Shown: one piece after another, positions 30,646 through 39,634 of the stretch | How the letters are laid out: the number at the start of each line of letters is the position of its first letter | How positions within the stretch are numbered: position 1 is the stretch's first letter | From: Candidatus Omnitrophota bacterium | GTDB lineage: Bacteria; Omnitrophota; Gorgyraeia; Gygaellales; Profunditerraquicolaceae | Direction: 5' to 3' | DNA: 64,000 bases | Assembly (NCBI GenBank): GCA_028712505.1 | Contig: JAQTQC010000001.1 | Coordinates: 13,635 to 77,634 of the forward strand | Position numbers and translations under genes: made by a program | The notes under the pieces: model-generated | The model's input: the letters and a program-made list of their open reading frames with translations, nothing else | The model's database searches: none | Told to the model about the DNA's origin: nothing

Positions 30646-32367
30646 CTATTTATACTGCTGTATCTGATTAATGAGCCCCTGAATAAATTCATCTAGTGCG
30701 ATTGCACCCTGATCCCCGCTGCCCTTTTTACGCGCACTCACCTGCCCCTGTTTTGCTTCCCGATCCCCTAAAATCAGACAATAAGGAATCTTATTTAATT
30801 CCGCGTTGCGAACTCTCTTATCCAAAGTTTCATTACGCATGTCTATATCCACGCGTATCTGGTTTTTTTCCAACTCCTCTTTTACCTTTTGAGCATAAGG
30901 AGCAACGGAATCTTTAATCGGTATTAACAAAACCTGGAGGGGACTTAACCATAAGGGCAATTCTCCCTTATAATGCTCAATTAAAGCGCCGATAAATCTC
31001 TCCAAGCTTCCCAATAAAACTCTATGCAGCATAATCGGCTGCTGCTCTTTGCCTTCGGCATCGACATAAGTCAGATCAAATCTTTTAGGCAGGGCAAAAT
31101 CGCATTGGATAGTTGCACATTGCCAGGTCCTCTTAAGCGCATCTTTTAATTTTATATCGATCTTGGGACCGTAAAAAGCGCCGTCACCCTGGTTAATTTC
31201 ATAGGGAAGACCTTTTTCTTTCAGGGCATCCTCAAGAGCACTAGTTGCCTTTTGCCAATCTTCATCCGAACCAATAGATTTCTCCGGACGAGTGCTCAGC
31301 TCAATCCCCCAATGCTCGAAACCAAAAACCTTCATAGTCTCAAAAACAAAGTCAATTATCTTTTTAATTTCCTCTCTTAATTGCTCCGGCAAACAAAATA
31401 CATGCGCATCATCCTGGGTAAATCCGCGCACACGCAGCAAACCGTGCAAAACCCCGGCTTTTTCCCGGCGATAAACCGTACCTAATTCAAAGAGTCTTAT
31501 GGGAAGTTCACGATAAGAGCGACTCTTTGATTTATAAATCAAAATGTGCCCCGGACAATTCATCGGTTTTAAAACAACTTCCCGGCCTTCTTCATCGGAA
31601 GAAAAATACATATTTTCTTTGTAATAATCATAGTGGCCGCTGGTCTTCCAGAGCGCGACATCCATAATATGAGGAGTAATCACCATTTGATAGCCGCGCT
31701 TTAAATGCTCCTTCTTTTCATAATCCTCGATAATGGTGCGTAAAACAGCTCCCTTGGGATGATAAAATACCAGACCTGCCCCTGCCTGCTCGTGGTAAAT
31801 ATCAAATAAACCCAGTTGCGGACCTAATTTCCTATGATCACGCAGTTTTGCTTCTTCTAAGGAATTTAAATATTCTCCCAGCTCTTCTTTAGTATTAAAA
31901 CAGGTTCCATAAATTCTCTGCAGCATAGGGTTAGTTTCAATCCCATGCCAATAAGCACCGGCGACTGATAATAATTTGAAAAATTTTATTTCGCCGGTGG
32001 AATTAATATGCGGGCCGCGGCAAAGGTCTAGAAAATCATTTCCGGTCTTATAAATAGACACTGTCTCGTTCGCTAAATCTTTAATCAACTCAACCTTATA
32101 ATCTTCATTTAATTTTTCAAATAAACCTATTGCTTCATCTCTGCCTAATTCTTGACGCACGAAGGGTTCATCTTTATTGATAATTTTCTGCATCTCTTGT
32201 TCAATCTTAAGCAGATCTTCGTTGCTAAACGGATCTTTTTTATCAAAATCATAGTAAAATCCGTCTTCGATAGCCGGGCCTATTGCTAATTTTGTCTCCG
32301 GCCAGAGTTTTTTTACCGCCTCGGCCATAACGTGAGAACAAGAATGTCTTAAAGTGTTTAGATCCAT
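30646..32367 (-). CDS. thrS: threonine--tRNA ligase (lacking the N-terminal TGS domain)
   Basis: Starts directly at the editing-domain zinc motif 'RHSCSHVMAEAVKKLWPETKLAIGPAIEDGFYYDFD'. Class II catalytic and anticodon-binding domains follow. 573 aa. Confidence 0.9.
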   Translation of the reverse strand: MDLNTLRHSCSHVMAEAVKKLWPETKLAIGPAIEDGFYYDFDKKDPFSNEDLLKIEQEMQKIINKDEPFVRQELGRDEAIGLFEKLNEDYKVELIKDLANETVSIYKTGNDFLDLCRGPHINSTGEIKFFKLLSVAGAYWHGIETNPMLQRIYGTCFNTKEELGEYLNSLEEAKLRDHRKLGPQLGLFDIYHEQAGAGLVFYHPKGAVLRTIIEDYEKKEHLKRGYQMVITPHIMDVALWKTSGHYDYYKENMYFSSDEEGREVVLKPMNCPGHILIYKSKSRSYRELPIRLFELGTVYRREKAGVLHGLLRVRGFTQDDAHVFCLPEQLREEIKKIIDFVFETMKVFGFEHWGIELSTRPEKSIGSDEDWQKATSALEDALKEKGLPYEINQGDGAFYGPKIDIKLKDALKRTWQCATIQCDFALPKRFDLTYVDAEGKEQQPIMLHRVLLGSLERFIGALIEHYKGELPLWLSPLQVLLIPIKDSVAPYAQKVKEELEKNQIRVDIDMRNETLDKRVRNAELNKIPYCLILGDREAKQGQVSARKKGSGDQGAIALDEFIQGLINQIQQYK

Positions 32368-32448
32368 AGTAAATATTTTAATATGCAGATCCTGTTTCGC
32401 CTCGGCTTCGCAGGATTTCGCTAGTTTTTATGAGTGCTCAAATTTAAA

Positions 32449-32522
32449 TGGGCCCAAGTGGACTTGAACCACTGACCTTTGCGATGTCAACGCAACGCTC
32501 TAACCAACTGAGCTATGAGCCC
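32449..32522 (-). tRNA. tRNA-Val (anticodon GAC)
   Basis: Minus strand 'GGGCTCATAGCTCAGTTGGTTAGAGCGTTGCGTTGACATCGCAAAGGTCAGTGGTTCAAGTCCACTTGGGCCCA'. Cloverleaf has a 7-bp acceptor, anticodon loop TTGACAT and T-loop TTCAAGT. No encoded CCA. Confidence 0.85.
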
Positions 32523-32601
32523 TAAAATTCAGATTCTTTTCAATCTCATAGCGAAATCCTCGTAAGGGGATAAGTTATGAGATTAAGTATCTGTTAGAAA
32601 T

Positions 32602-32684
32602 TGGGCAAGAAGGGAGTCGGACCCTTACGACCTTGCGGCCAACAGATTTTAAGTCTGTCGTGTATGCCATTCCACCACTTGCCC
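32602..32684 (-). tRNA. tRNA-Leu (anticodon TAA), type II with long variable arm
   Basis: Minus strand 'GGGCAAGTGGTGGAATGGCATACACGACAGACTTAAAATCTGTTGGCCGCAAGGTCGTAAGGGTCCGACTCCCTTCTTGCCCA'. D-arm and anticodon arm closely resemble bacterial tRNA-Leu(UAA). The T-loop TCCGACT has C at position 55. Confidence 0.75.
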
Positions 32685-32697
32685 GTTAAAATTCAAA

Positions 32698-32772
32698 TGG
32701 AGGCGACGAGCGGAATTGAACCGCTGAATAGTTGTTTTGCAGACAACTGCCTTACCACTTGGCTACGTCGCC
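32698..32772 (-). tRNA. tRNA-Cys (anticodon GCA)
   Basis: Minus strand 'GGCGACGTAGCCAAGTGGTAAGGCAGTTGTCTGCAAAACAACTATTCAGCGGTTCAATTCCGCTCGTCGCCTCCA'. Discriminator U73 is typical of Cys. CCA is encoded. Confidence 0.85.
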
Positions 32773-32777
32773 AAAAA

Positions 32778-33326
32778 TTATAAATATTTTTTTACTTCCT
32801 TAACAATATTATCTGTATCTGCTAAACAACCTATCCCCACCTTGCCACAGGCAAGCACGCCTTTACGCGGTGCGATAATCTTATAAGCACAGGTTTTTAA
32901 TTTCGCAATATTGTCCTGGGTGATTTTATTTTTATACATAAGCTCGTTCATCGCCGGGGCGATTAAAACAGGGGCCTTGCTTGCGCAGACTGTGCAGGTT
33001 AACAGGTCATCGCAAATACCGCAAGCAAGTTTAGCAATTATATTAGCTGTCGCCGGGGCGATTAAAATCAAGTCTGCTTCGTTAGCCAAAGAAACGTGCT
33101 CAATCTCCCAGATATCCGGCTGATCAAAAATATCTGCCCGGTAAACCTTGTTGCCGCTTAAGCTGGCAAAAACAACCGGCCGGATCAGTTCCTCAGCTTC
33201 TTTGGTCATAACCACCTTGACCGTAAAACCACATTCTTTAAGCCTGCGAATCAATTCACACGCTTTATAAATTGCGATACTGGCAGTTACACCTAAAATA
33301 ATATTCTTCCCTGTTTTTGCCGTCAT
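32778..33326 (-). CDS. coaC: phosphopantothenoylcysteine decarboxylase (flavoprotein, CoaC domain only)
   Basis: 'NIILGVTASIAIYKACELIRRLKECGFTVKVVMTKEA' is the flavoprotein fold of Dfp/CoaBC. The 182-aa length implies the CoaB domain is absent from this gene. Confidence 0.8.
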   Translation of the reverse strand: MTAKTGKNIILGVTASIAIYKACELIRRLKECGFTVKVVMTKEAEELIRPVVFASLSGNKVYRADIFDQPDIWEIEHVSLANEADLILIAPATANIIAKLACGICDDLLTCTVCASKAPVLIAPAMNELMYKNKITQDNIAKLKTCAYKIIAPRKGVLACGKVGIGCLADTDNIVKEVKKYL

Positions 33327-33532
33327 TCTTTTGCTTTTATTGCCCGGGCCTCTATTTTGCCCTGTTCAATTTCATGTAAAGCCACTGTAGAGGGTTTGGC
33401 AGAAGCATCATCCGAAACCAATCTCGGCTGGCCTTCAGCAATCTCCAAAGCCCTTTTAGAGGCCAAAATTACCAACTTATAAATAGACCCCAAACTTTTA
33501 TCTAAAAGTTTCTCCCGACCACGATATCCCAT
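33323..33532 (-). CDS. rpoZ: DNA-directed RNA polymerase subunit omega
   Basis: 'SIYKLVILASKRALEIAEG' is the RpoZ core. 69 aa. In the gmk-rpoZ context. Confidence 0.88.
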   Translation of the reverse strand: MGYRGREKLLDKSLGSIYKLVILASKRALEIAEGQPRLVSDDASAKPSTVALHEIEQGKIEARAIKAKE

Positions 33533-33553
33533 CTTTTACCCCCGATTGATATG

Positions 33554-34153
33554 TTAAGCGCTGTTTTCTTTTAAAAATATCTTCTTTAAATCCTTAAGGG
33601 CAACCTGCAGATCCCCATTCAAAACATTGTAATCAAATTGCCGGGCTGCCGACATTTCTTTCTTCGCCAGACGTAAACGCTGACTTATTTCTTGTTTATT
33701 GGTCTCTCGGCAACGCCCCTCGATCCTAGCCTTAAGCACATCAAGCGAAGGAGGCAGAACAAAAATTGTTACAGTATCCTGGGGGTAGATTTTTTTAAGA
33801 ATCCTTGCTCCCTTAAGGTCTAAACATAAGCCGAGATGTCTTCCTGCCTTAAGCAGCTTTTCTACCGGCCCCTTAGGTGTTCCGTAATAATAGCCCAAAT
33901 ACCTTGTCCATTCAAGAATTTTTTTTGCTTTTAACAGGCGGCGGAACTCCTCTTTAGAAACAAAAAAATAATCCTTTCCCTGCCTCTCCCCAAAGCGTTT
34001 AGGCCGGGTAGTAACAGAGCACGATTTTACCAGCAATTTAGCTATTTTTTTATCTTGAATTAATCTGGTCAGAAGGGTGGTCTTACCTGAGCCTGAAGGC
34101 CCGGAGATAATAAAAATCTTTCCTGGTTTATTCTTTCTTTTTTTGGCTTTCAC
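33554..34153 (-). CDS. gmk: guanylate kinase
   Basis: P-loop 'IFIISGPSGSGKTTL' plus GMP-binding 'SVTTRPKRFGERQGKDYFFVSKEEF'. Confidence 0.92.
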   Translation of the reverse strand: MKAKKRKNKPGKIFIISGPSGSGKTTLLTRLIQDKKIAKLLVKSCSVTTRPKRFGERQGKDYFFVSKEEFRRLLKAKKILEWTRYLGYYYGTPKGPVEKLLKAGRHLGLCLDLKGARILKKIYPQDTVTIFVLPPSLDVLKARIEGRCRETNKQEISQRLRLAKKEMSAARQFDYNVLNGDLQVALKDLKKIFLKENSA

Positions 34154-34980
34154 TACTCGATATTCTGCACTTGTTCGCGGATCTTCTCAATCTGGCTTTT
34201 CATCTGCACAGCCCTGCCCGAAATAACCAGATCAAATGACTTAGCCGCCAAGGTATTGGCTTCCCGCTGCATCTCCTGAGTAATAAAATCCAGCTCCTTG
34301 CCAACAGAACCGCCCTTAGCAATCTTCTGTTGAAAATTCTTTATATGAAAACTTAAACGATCCATCTCTTCGGCGATATCCGCTCCTTTTAAAAAAGCTG
34401 AACGCTCCTCCTCAGACTTTATCTTGCGCAGCCTATATTTTACTGCCGCAGCGAACCTGCTTTTAATTAAAACTAAATCTTTCTTGAGCAACTCGCTTCT
34501 TTTTCTTAACAGGCCGGCCAAAGCCCTGCCTTCCTTGTGTCTTGTCTTGAGCAACTCTGCAAGTGCTTGTAAAAGCAGAGGTTTAAGATGCTCCCAAATA
34601 TGTATACCTGCCGGCTTATTTTCTTTAAGCGACAATATGCCGGGCAAGCGGATTAAAGAATCTAAAGACATTCCGTCTTTGATCTTAAACTCTTTCTTCA
34701 GGCTGTTGAGTTCCTGCAAATAATTTTTCAAAAGTTTACGGTTTACAAATATTCCCTGCGCCTCTTTGCCTTTTATGTTGACGGAGCAGAAAACCCTGCC
34801 CCTGCTAATTCTGGTCTCAATTTCTTTTTTCAACTTGTCTTCCAAAGAAAGCATCCCCTCGGGTAGATGGAAAACAGTCTCCATAAACTTATGGTTAGTA
34901 CATCTCAATTCCACGCAGATCCGTCCGACAGAATCAACCTCTGCTTCTTGGCTGCCGAAACCAGTCATACTGCTAATCAT
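34153..34980 (-). CDS. yicC: YicC-family stress-induced protein
   Basis: 'MTGFGSQEAEVDS' N-terminus (YicC_N) and the DUF1732 C-terminal region. In the conserved yicC-gmk-rpoZ neighbourhood. Confidence 0.8.
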   Translation of the reverse strand: MISSMTGFGSQEAEVDSVGRICVELRCTNHKFMETVFHLPEGMLSLEDKLKKEIETRISRGRVFCSVNIKGKEAQGIFVNRKLLKNYLQELNSLKKEFKIKDGMSLDSLIRLPGILSLKENKPAGIHIWEHLKPLLLQALAELLKTRHKEGRALAGLLRKRSELLKKDLVLIKSRFAAAVKYRLRKIKSEEERSAFLKGADIAEEMDRLSFHIKNFQQKIAKGGSVGKELDFITQEMQREANTLAAKSFDLVISGRAVQMKSQIEKIREQVQNIE

Positions 34981-34982
34981 TT

Positions 34983-35486
34983 TTATCTCCAGGCCTTGTT
35001 TGTTATTTCCTTAAGCACTAAATCTTTTGTTGCATAAAGATCAACGATAATTTCATCGGGATTAAACCACAGCTTGATTTCCCTTTCCGCCTCCGGCTCA
35101 TTAGATGAAACATGAATTACATTTTCATAGACTCCGGTTGTAGTTATCCTGCCGTAAGAGCCGCGGATAGAAGTAGATTCGGCCTCTTCGGGGTTAGTGG
35201 CTCCGGCTAATTCACGGCATTTTTTTATTGCATCTTTTCCCCAATAAACCAAAGCCATAACTTTCTTGCGGTCATGCAATTCTCCTTGAAGATATTTGAT
35301 AATCTCCCCGAAGAACGGCTTATCTTTCAAGTGTTTATAATGCTCCTCTGCCAACTCCTTGGATACGCGCACCATTTTCGCGGCGACGATTTCCAGTTTA
35401 GTTTCAGATAAACGCGTAAGGATGTTCCCGGTGAGCGATTTCTTTAACCCGTCGGGTTTAATAAGGATTAAAACTGCCTGGCTCAT
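34983..35486 (-). CDS. ndk: nucleoside diphosphate kinase
   Basis: 'LILIKPDGLKKSLTGNILTRL...FFGEIIKYLQGEL' and 'TNPEEAESTSIRGSYG...NVIHVSS' match the NDK fold. The canonical NxxHGSD motif is degenerate. Confidence 0.7.
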   Translation of the reverse strand: MSQAVLILIKPDGLKKSLTGNILTRLSETKLEIVAAKMVRVSKELAEEHYKHLKDKPFFGEIIKYLQGELHDRKKVMALVYWGKDAIKKCRELAGATNPEEAESTSIRGSYGRITTTGVYENVIHVSSNEPEAEREIKLWFNPDEIIVDLYATKDLVLKEITNKAWR

Positions 35487-36346
35487 TATTTATTTCCTCC
35501 CTTAATTACATTGACTATCCGCTCAAGATCTTCTTGAGAATAAAATTCGATATTAATATGCCCGCGCTTTTTTCTTTTGCTGATTCTTACCTTGGTTGCC
35601 AAGGCATGTTGTAGTTGTTCCTCCAGAATAGCAACCAGGGGTTCCCGCTGGCCTTGCCCGATTTTTCTTTTTAATAATTTAGGCCGGCTGCTTTTAATCA
35701 AGCTTTCCAATTCACGAACAGAAAGCCCTTTTGAGATAATATCCTGGACAAGCTTGCGTTGATGATTTGTATCTTCTATTTCCAGAAGGGCTCGTCCATG
35801 AGCAAAACTGATCCTGCCCTTTTTCATCTCTTCCTGAATTTCATGGGGAAGTTTAAGTAAACGTAATGTATTGGTAATAGTAACTCTGGCCTTACCCAAG
35901 ACTTCGCTTATCTTCTCCTGCGTAACTTTAAATTTATCCATCAGATGCTGATAAGCATGTGCTTCTTCTATAGGATTCAAGCCCTCTCTCTGGATATTTT
36001 CAATTAAAGCCAATTCTAGAGAATCCTGATCGCTTACTTCTCGGACAATAACAGGTATCTCCTTGAGTCCCAATATGTTAGTAGCGCGGAACCTTCGTTC
36101 ACCGGCAATTAATTCATAATTATCCCCTCTGCGCCTGACTAAAAGCGGCTGAATAACCCCTTTTTCTTTAATAGATTGGGCTAATTCTTCTATGCTTGCT
36201 TGATCAAAATCTTCACGAGGTTGAAATGGATTTGGTTTAATTTGTCCAGACTGGACATAAACAATCTCTTCTCTATGTACTCCTCCTTCAACAACTTGTT
36301 CCGGGATTAGCGCGCCTAAACCTTTTCCTAAAGCCCTTCTCTCCAT
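35486..36346 (-). CDS. parB: chromosome partitioning protein ParB (Spo0J)
   Basis: 'LGKGLGALIP', 'IKPNPFQPR' and a helix-turn-helix region. Downstream of parA. Confidence 0.92.
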   Translation of the reverse strand: MERRALGKGLGALIPEQVVEGGVHREEIVYVQSGQIKPNPFQPREDFDQASIEELAQSIKEKGVIQPLLVRRRGDNYELIAGERRFRATNILGLKEIPVIVREVSDQDSLELALIENIQREGLNPIEEAHAYQHLMDKFKVTQEKISEVLGKARVTITNTLRLLKLPHEIQEEMKKGRISFAHGRALLEIEDTNHQRKLVQDIISKGLSVRELESLIKSSRPKLLKRKIGQGQREPLVAILEEQLQHALATKVRISKRKKRGHINIEFYSQEDLERIVNVIKGGNK

Positions 36347-37143
36347 TAAGCCTCTCCTTGTCCCTGTGGGATTGTTGAATTCAACGCTAAACCTAATATT
36401 TCCCTACTAAGTTCTTCATATTTTTGAGCACCAAGAGAATCTTTATCATATAAAGCAATTGGCTTACCAAAACTTGGCGCCTCGGTTAAACGAACATTTC
36501 TGGGAATAACAGTATTATAAACTTTTTCTTTAAAGTGGCTGCGCGCTTCCTGAATAACTTCTTTAGTGAGATTAGTGCGAAAATCGGCCATAGTCAAAAG
36601 TACACCTTCAATCCCCAATGACGGGTTGAGATTTTCTTTCACAAGCCTAATAGTATTATGCAGTTGCGTCAGCCCCTCCAGGGCATAATATTCACATTGT
36701 ACCGGCACTATTACCGAATCAGCTGCACATAACCCATTTATCGTAAGTAACCCTAGGGAAGGCGGTGAATCAATAATCAAAAAATCAAATTTATCTTTTT
36801 CCTTTTGCAGGGCTCGTTTTAGCCTATACTCTCTGCCTAATGCCCCTACCAACTCCACCTCTGCTCCGGTTAAATCCAAATTAGAAGGAGCAAGGATTAA
36901 ATTATCAATACTGGTTTTTTGTAAAATCTCAGAAATTTCGGATTCTTCCAAAAGAATGTGATATGTGCTTTTTTTAATATCATGTTTATTGATGCCTATC
37001 CCGCTAGTCGCATTCGCCTGAGGATCTAAATCAATCAGCATAACTTTCTTACCCGCCATAGCTAGATATGCGGATAGATTAATGGAAGTAGTAGTTTTAC
37101 CTACCCCGCCCTTTTGATTACAGATTGCGATTATCTTACCCAT
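36346..37143 (-). CDS. parA: chromosome partitioning ATPase ParA (Soj)
   Basis: Deviant Walker A 'AICNQKGGVGKTTTSINLSAYLA'. Confidence 0.92.
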   Translation of the reverse strand: MGKIIAICNQKGGVGKTTTSINLSAYLAMAGKKVMLIDLDPQANATSGIGINKHDIKKSTYHILLEESEISEILQKTSIDNLILAPSNLDLTGAEVELVGALGREYRLKRALQKEKDKFDFLIIDSPPSLGLLTINGLCAADSVIVPVQCEYYALEGLTQLHNTIRLVKENLNPSLGIEGVLLTMADFRTNLTKEVIQEARSHFKEKVYNTVIPRNVRLTEAPSFGKPIALYDKDSLGAQKYEELSREILGLALNSTIPQGQGEA

Positions 37144-37224
37144 TGATATTGTTGTAGTTACAGATTGTTCCCCGGGAAACCTACCTTCCTAACTAAATTA
37201 ATTATCCCAAAACTAAAACAAATG

Positions 37225-37425
37225 TCAAGTATTTTCTTTGCCTAAAATTACACTTACGCGGACTTTAGCTGGCTTAGCTCCGGGCATTCCAAAAAGCCCC
37301 TTCTTCTCTTCAGATAGCACCTGAATCTTGACATTTTTACGCGAAATCTTTAGTTCTTCTAAAGCTTTAGCAATCGCTTCTTCAACAGTGTTGCCCTCAG
37401 TCTCTAAATATTTCAGTTTTTTCAT
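37225..37425 (-). CDS. Jag N-terminal-domain protein (truncated KhpB/Jag-like; KH and R3H domains absent)
   Basis: 66 aa 'LETEGNTVEEAIAKALEELKISRKNVKIQVLSEEKKGLFG' resembles the Jag_N domain. Occupies the position immediately after yidC where jag normally sits. Confidence 0.5.
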   Translation of the reverse strand: MKKLKYLETEGNTVEEAIAKALEELKISRKNVKIQVLSEEKKGLFGMPGAKPAKVRVSVILGKENT

Positions 37426-38951
37426 TTTTGTTTATTCAAACGCACTTGATAACTCAGCATCAGAATACTATTAACAAACCAATAGAGAACTAAACCCGAT
37501 GGCATCTGATAAAAAATAACCCCAAACATGATCGGCATAATGATTGACATTATTTTCTGCTGCTGAGCTGCTTCACCAGTAGCCTTTACCATGGAAATCT
37601 TTTGTTGGACAAACATTCCTATGGCCATTAAGATCGGCAGTATATTCACCTGATTGCCTAAAAGCGGTATTGAATTTTTAAAGGTAAAAAGCTGATCCGG
37701 GGAAGAAAGATCTTTAATCCAAAGAAAATGCGCACCTCTTAAGGCTACAGAACGAATTAAGGCCTGGTATAAAGCAAAGAAAATCGGCATCTGCAATAAT
37801 AAGGGTAGACATCCGCCCAGTGGATTAACCTTATGCTCTTTATATAATTCCATGATTTCCTTATTCAATCTTTGAGGATTATCCTTAAGCTCTTTACGTA
37901 AGGCATCGATTTTAGGCTGAAGCAGCTGCATCTCCTTCATCGAACGCATTTGTTTTAAAGAAAGAGGGAAAAGCAGTAAATAAACCGCCAGACTTAATAT
38001 AATTATAGCCCAACCCCAATTGTGCACTAAGCTATAAAAAAACCCAAGTAGCTGTAAAAGAAGTTGAGCAATAAAATCAAAAACTCCAAAATATATAATT
38101 GCCGACCATTCCGGCTTAATACTGTCTAATGTTTTTAAATCCTGAGGACCCAAATAGATACGATATAAATGTCCAATCTGCTCACCAGGTTTTAAGGTAA
38201 CCTTATTACCTGATATTCCTACCTCTGACTCCTGATGGTTAATTTTCTTGACATAGGCGCTACCAGTCGAATCAACTGGTTCAAGAATAGCGCAAAAATA
38301 CTGATCCCGCAATCCAACAAATTTAAGGTCATTTACTAAAAGCTCTTTGCCAGCTGCTGAATGTATTGTTTTTTCCTTGGTGCTCAAGAGGATATCCTGA
38401 TAGCGAGACTGAATATTCTTGGCCGATAAATCCAACCTGCCTAAGACTAGCTGTGGATTTAGCAAAAGGGGAGATGAGGATAAGTTTTGAATCCTTACCT
38501 CTAAGTCTATGAGATAACTATCTTTAGGAATAATGAACTTTTTGGTGATCCGCTTGTTCTGATCTTGATAAACAAACGAAATTTGCTCATTACTTACATT
38601 TTCCTGCTTAAACAGGATATTATTATCACTAAGCAAACCGTATTTAAGCGATAACCGGTGTTCAAGCTTATTTTTAAAAACTACATCTACAATAGAAGCC
38701 CTGGATGGATCAAAAAAAATATCCCTGTTCTCCTGGGTAAACTTCACAATCTCTTTTGCAGGCTCCAATACAGGTTTAAGCGAGACTGATTCAGGACTAC
38801 TAGTAAGAAGCTGTTGTTCCTTTGCTCCTATCTGCCCTTTAACATTTATAACCTCTTTATTATCAACAAGTTGCGGTTTAGGACTTATAGCTGACCAACT
38901 TAACAAAACCAGCAAAGACAAAGCAATGGCTAATACTAAACGTTTTTCCAT
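37422..38951 (-). CDS. yidC: membrane protein insertase YidC
   Basis: Periplasmic domain followed by the conserved 60-kDa IMP core ('LGGCLPLLLQMPIFFALYQAL'). 509 aa. Confidence 0.93.
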   Translation of the reverse strand: MEKRLVLAIALSLLVLLSWSAISPKPQLVDNKEVINVKGQIGAKEQQLLTSSPESVSLKPVLEPAKEIVKFTQENRDIFFDPSRASIVDVVFKNKLEHRLSLKYGLLSDNNILFKQENVSNEQISFVYQDQNKRITKKFIIPKDSYLIDLEVRIQNLSSSPLLLNPQLVLGRLDLSAKNIQSRYQDILLSTKEKTIHSAAGKELLVNDLKFVGLRDQYFCAILEPVDSTGSAYVKKINHQESEVGISGNKVTLKPGEQIGHLYRIYLGPQDLKTLDSIKPEWSAIIYFGVFDFIAQLLLQLLGFFYSLVHNWGWAIIILSLAVYLLLFPLSLKQMRSMKEMQLLQPKIDALRKELKDNPQRLNKEIMELYKEHKVNPLGGCLPLLLQMPIFFALYQALIRSVALRGAHFLWIKDLSSPDQLFTFKNSIPLLGNQVNILPILMAIGMFVQQKISMVKATGEAAQQQKIMSIIMPIMFGVIFYQMPSGLVLYWFVNSILMLSYQVRLNKQK

Positions 38952-38956
38952 AAATT

Positions 38957-39181
38957 TTATGTTAAGGGATCAAAACCTGACTGGCCAGAAAAAGGATGGC
39001 AACGCAGAATTCTTCCTAACCCCTTACATACTCCTTTAATTAACCCATATTTTATAATCGCCTGTTTGGCATACTCAGAACAGCTTGGCTCAAAACGGCA
39101 GCTTACCGGCATAACTGGCCTTACATATTTCTGATACACAGTTATTAATTTAAGAATGGGCCCTGCTAACGTTAAATACAA
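38957..39181 (-). CDS. yidD: membrane protein insertion efficiency factor YidD
   Basis: 'LITVYQKYVRPVMPVSCRFEPSCSEYAKQAIIKYGLIKG...RILRCHPF' is the YidD signature. The predicted TTG start overlaps the rpmH stop. Confidence 0.85.
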   Translation of the reverse strand: MYLTLAGPILKLITVYQKYVRPVMPVSCRFEPSCSEYAKQAIIKYGLIKGVCKGLGRILRCHPFSGQSGFDPLT

Positions 39182-39309
39182 AGTTTTTTTCTTCCCTTGC
39201 TCCGTCGACGAGCTAATGTCTTGCGTCCGGATTTAGAGGACATTTTCTTGCGAAAACCCTGGCTTCTCTTGCCAACAATATTCGAGGGCGTTGTAAGATT
39301 CTTCTTCAT
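39172..39309 (-). CDS. rpmH: 50S ribosomal protein L34
   Basis: Manual translation on the minus strand gives MKKNLTTPSNIVGKRSQGFRKKMSSKSGRKTLARRRSKGRKKLCI (45 aa), matching bL34 (...[29 protein letters not shown]...). Missing from the ORF track because it is <60 aa. Confidence 0.85.
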   Translation of the reverse strand: MKKNLTTPSNIVGKRSQGFRKKMSSKSGRKTLARRRSKGRKKLCI

Positions 39310-39634
39310 TTTAGTTTCTCCTTGTTGCTTCTGTTAATAAAACTAAGCGGGTTATGAATTATTAAAACGACCTTCTTGATTTTGTGAATTGTAACATACA
39401 TTCATCACGCGGTCAAGTTTTTTATTGACGTTCTGACATATTATTGTATAATAACTGACATTTAAGTTTTCTACTTGCAAGGTCTTTAGTCTCTGTTATA
39501 ATAGCTATGTTGGCCTCGGTCTGGATAGCAATCTTTATCCACAGATTTATGCAAGTTGTGTATAATCTGTTAATTTCATCGACCTGCAATGCGGTCAGTT
39601 TACCAACGAGTTTAGTTTTATCAACGGGTTAAAT
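39310..39634. other. probable chromosomal replication origin (oriC) / dnaA promoter region
   Basis: AT-rich divergent intergenic region between rpmH (-) and dnaA (+). It contains a perfect DnaA box, degenerate boxes at 39520-39528 and 39618-39626, and -35/-10 elements (TTGCAA-16-TATAAT at 39475-39502, TGTGTATAAT at 39557-39566). Gene strand bias flips exactly here. Confidence 0.65.
39535..39543 (+). promoter_or_regulatory. DnaA box (TTATCCACA, perfect consensus)
   Basis: Exact 9-mer consensus. An inverted 7/9 match (TCTGGATAG) lies 7 bp upstream at 39520-39528. Confidence 0.7.

Noticed and set aside
32368-32448. thrS 5' leader considered as a T-box riboswitch.
   Set aside because: Only ~80 nt separate thrS from the upstream tRNA-Val, too short for a T-box (~250 nt), and no T-box consensus (AATTAGGGTGGTACCGCG-like) is visible.
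32601-32783. 60-aa plus-strand ORF spanning the tRNA cluster.
   Set aside because: It overlaps the minus-strand tRNA-Leu and tRNA-Cys genes completely, so it is an artefact of the ORF scan.
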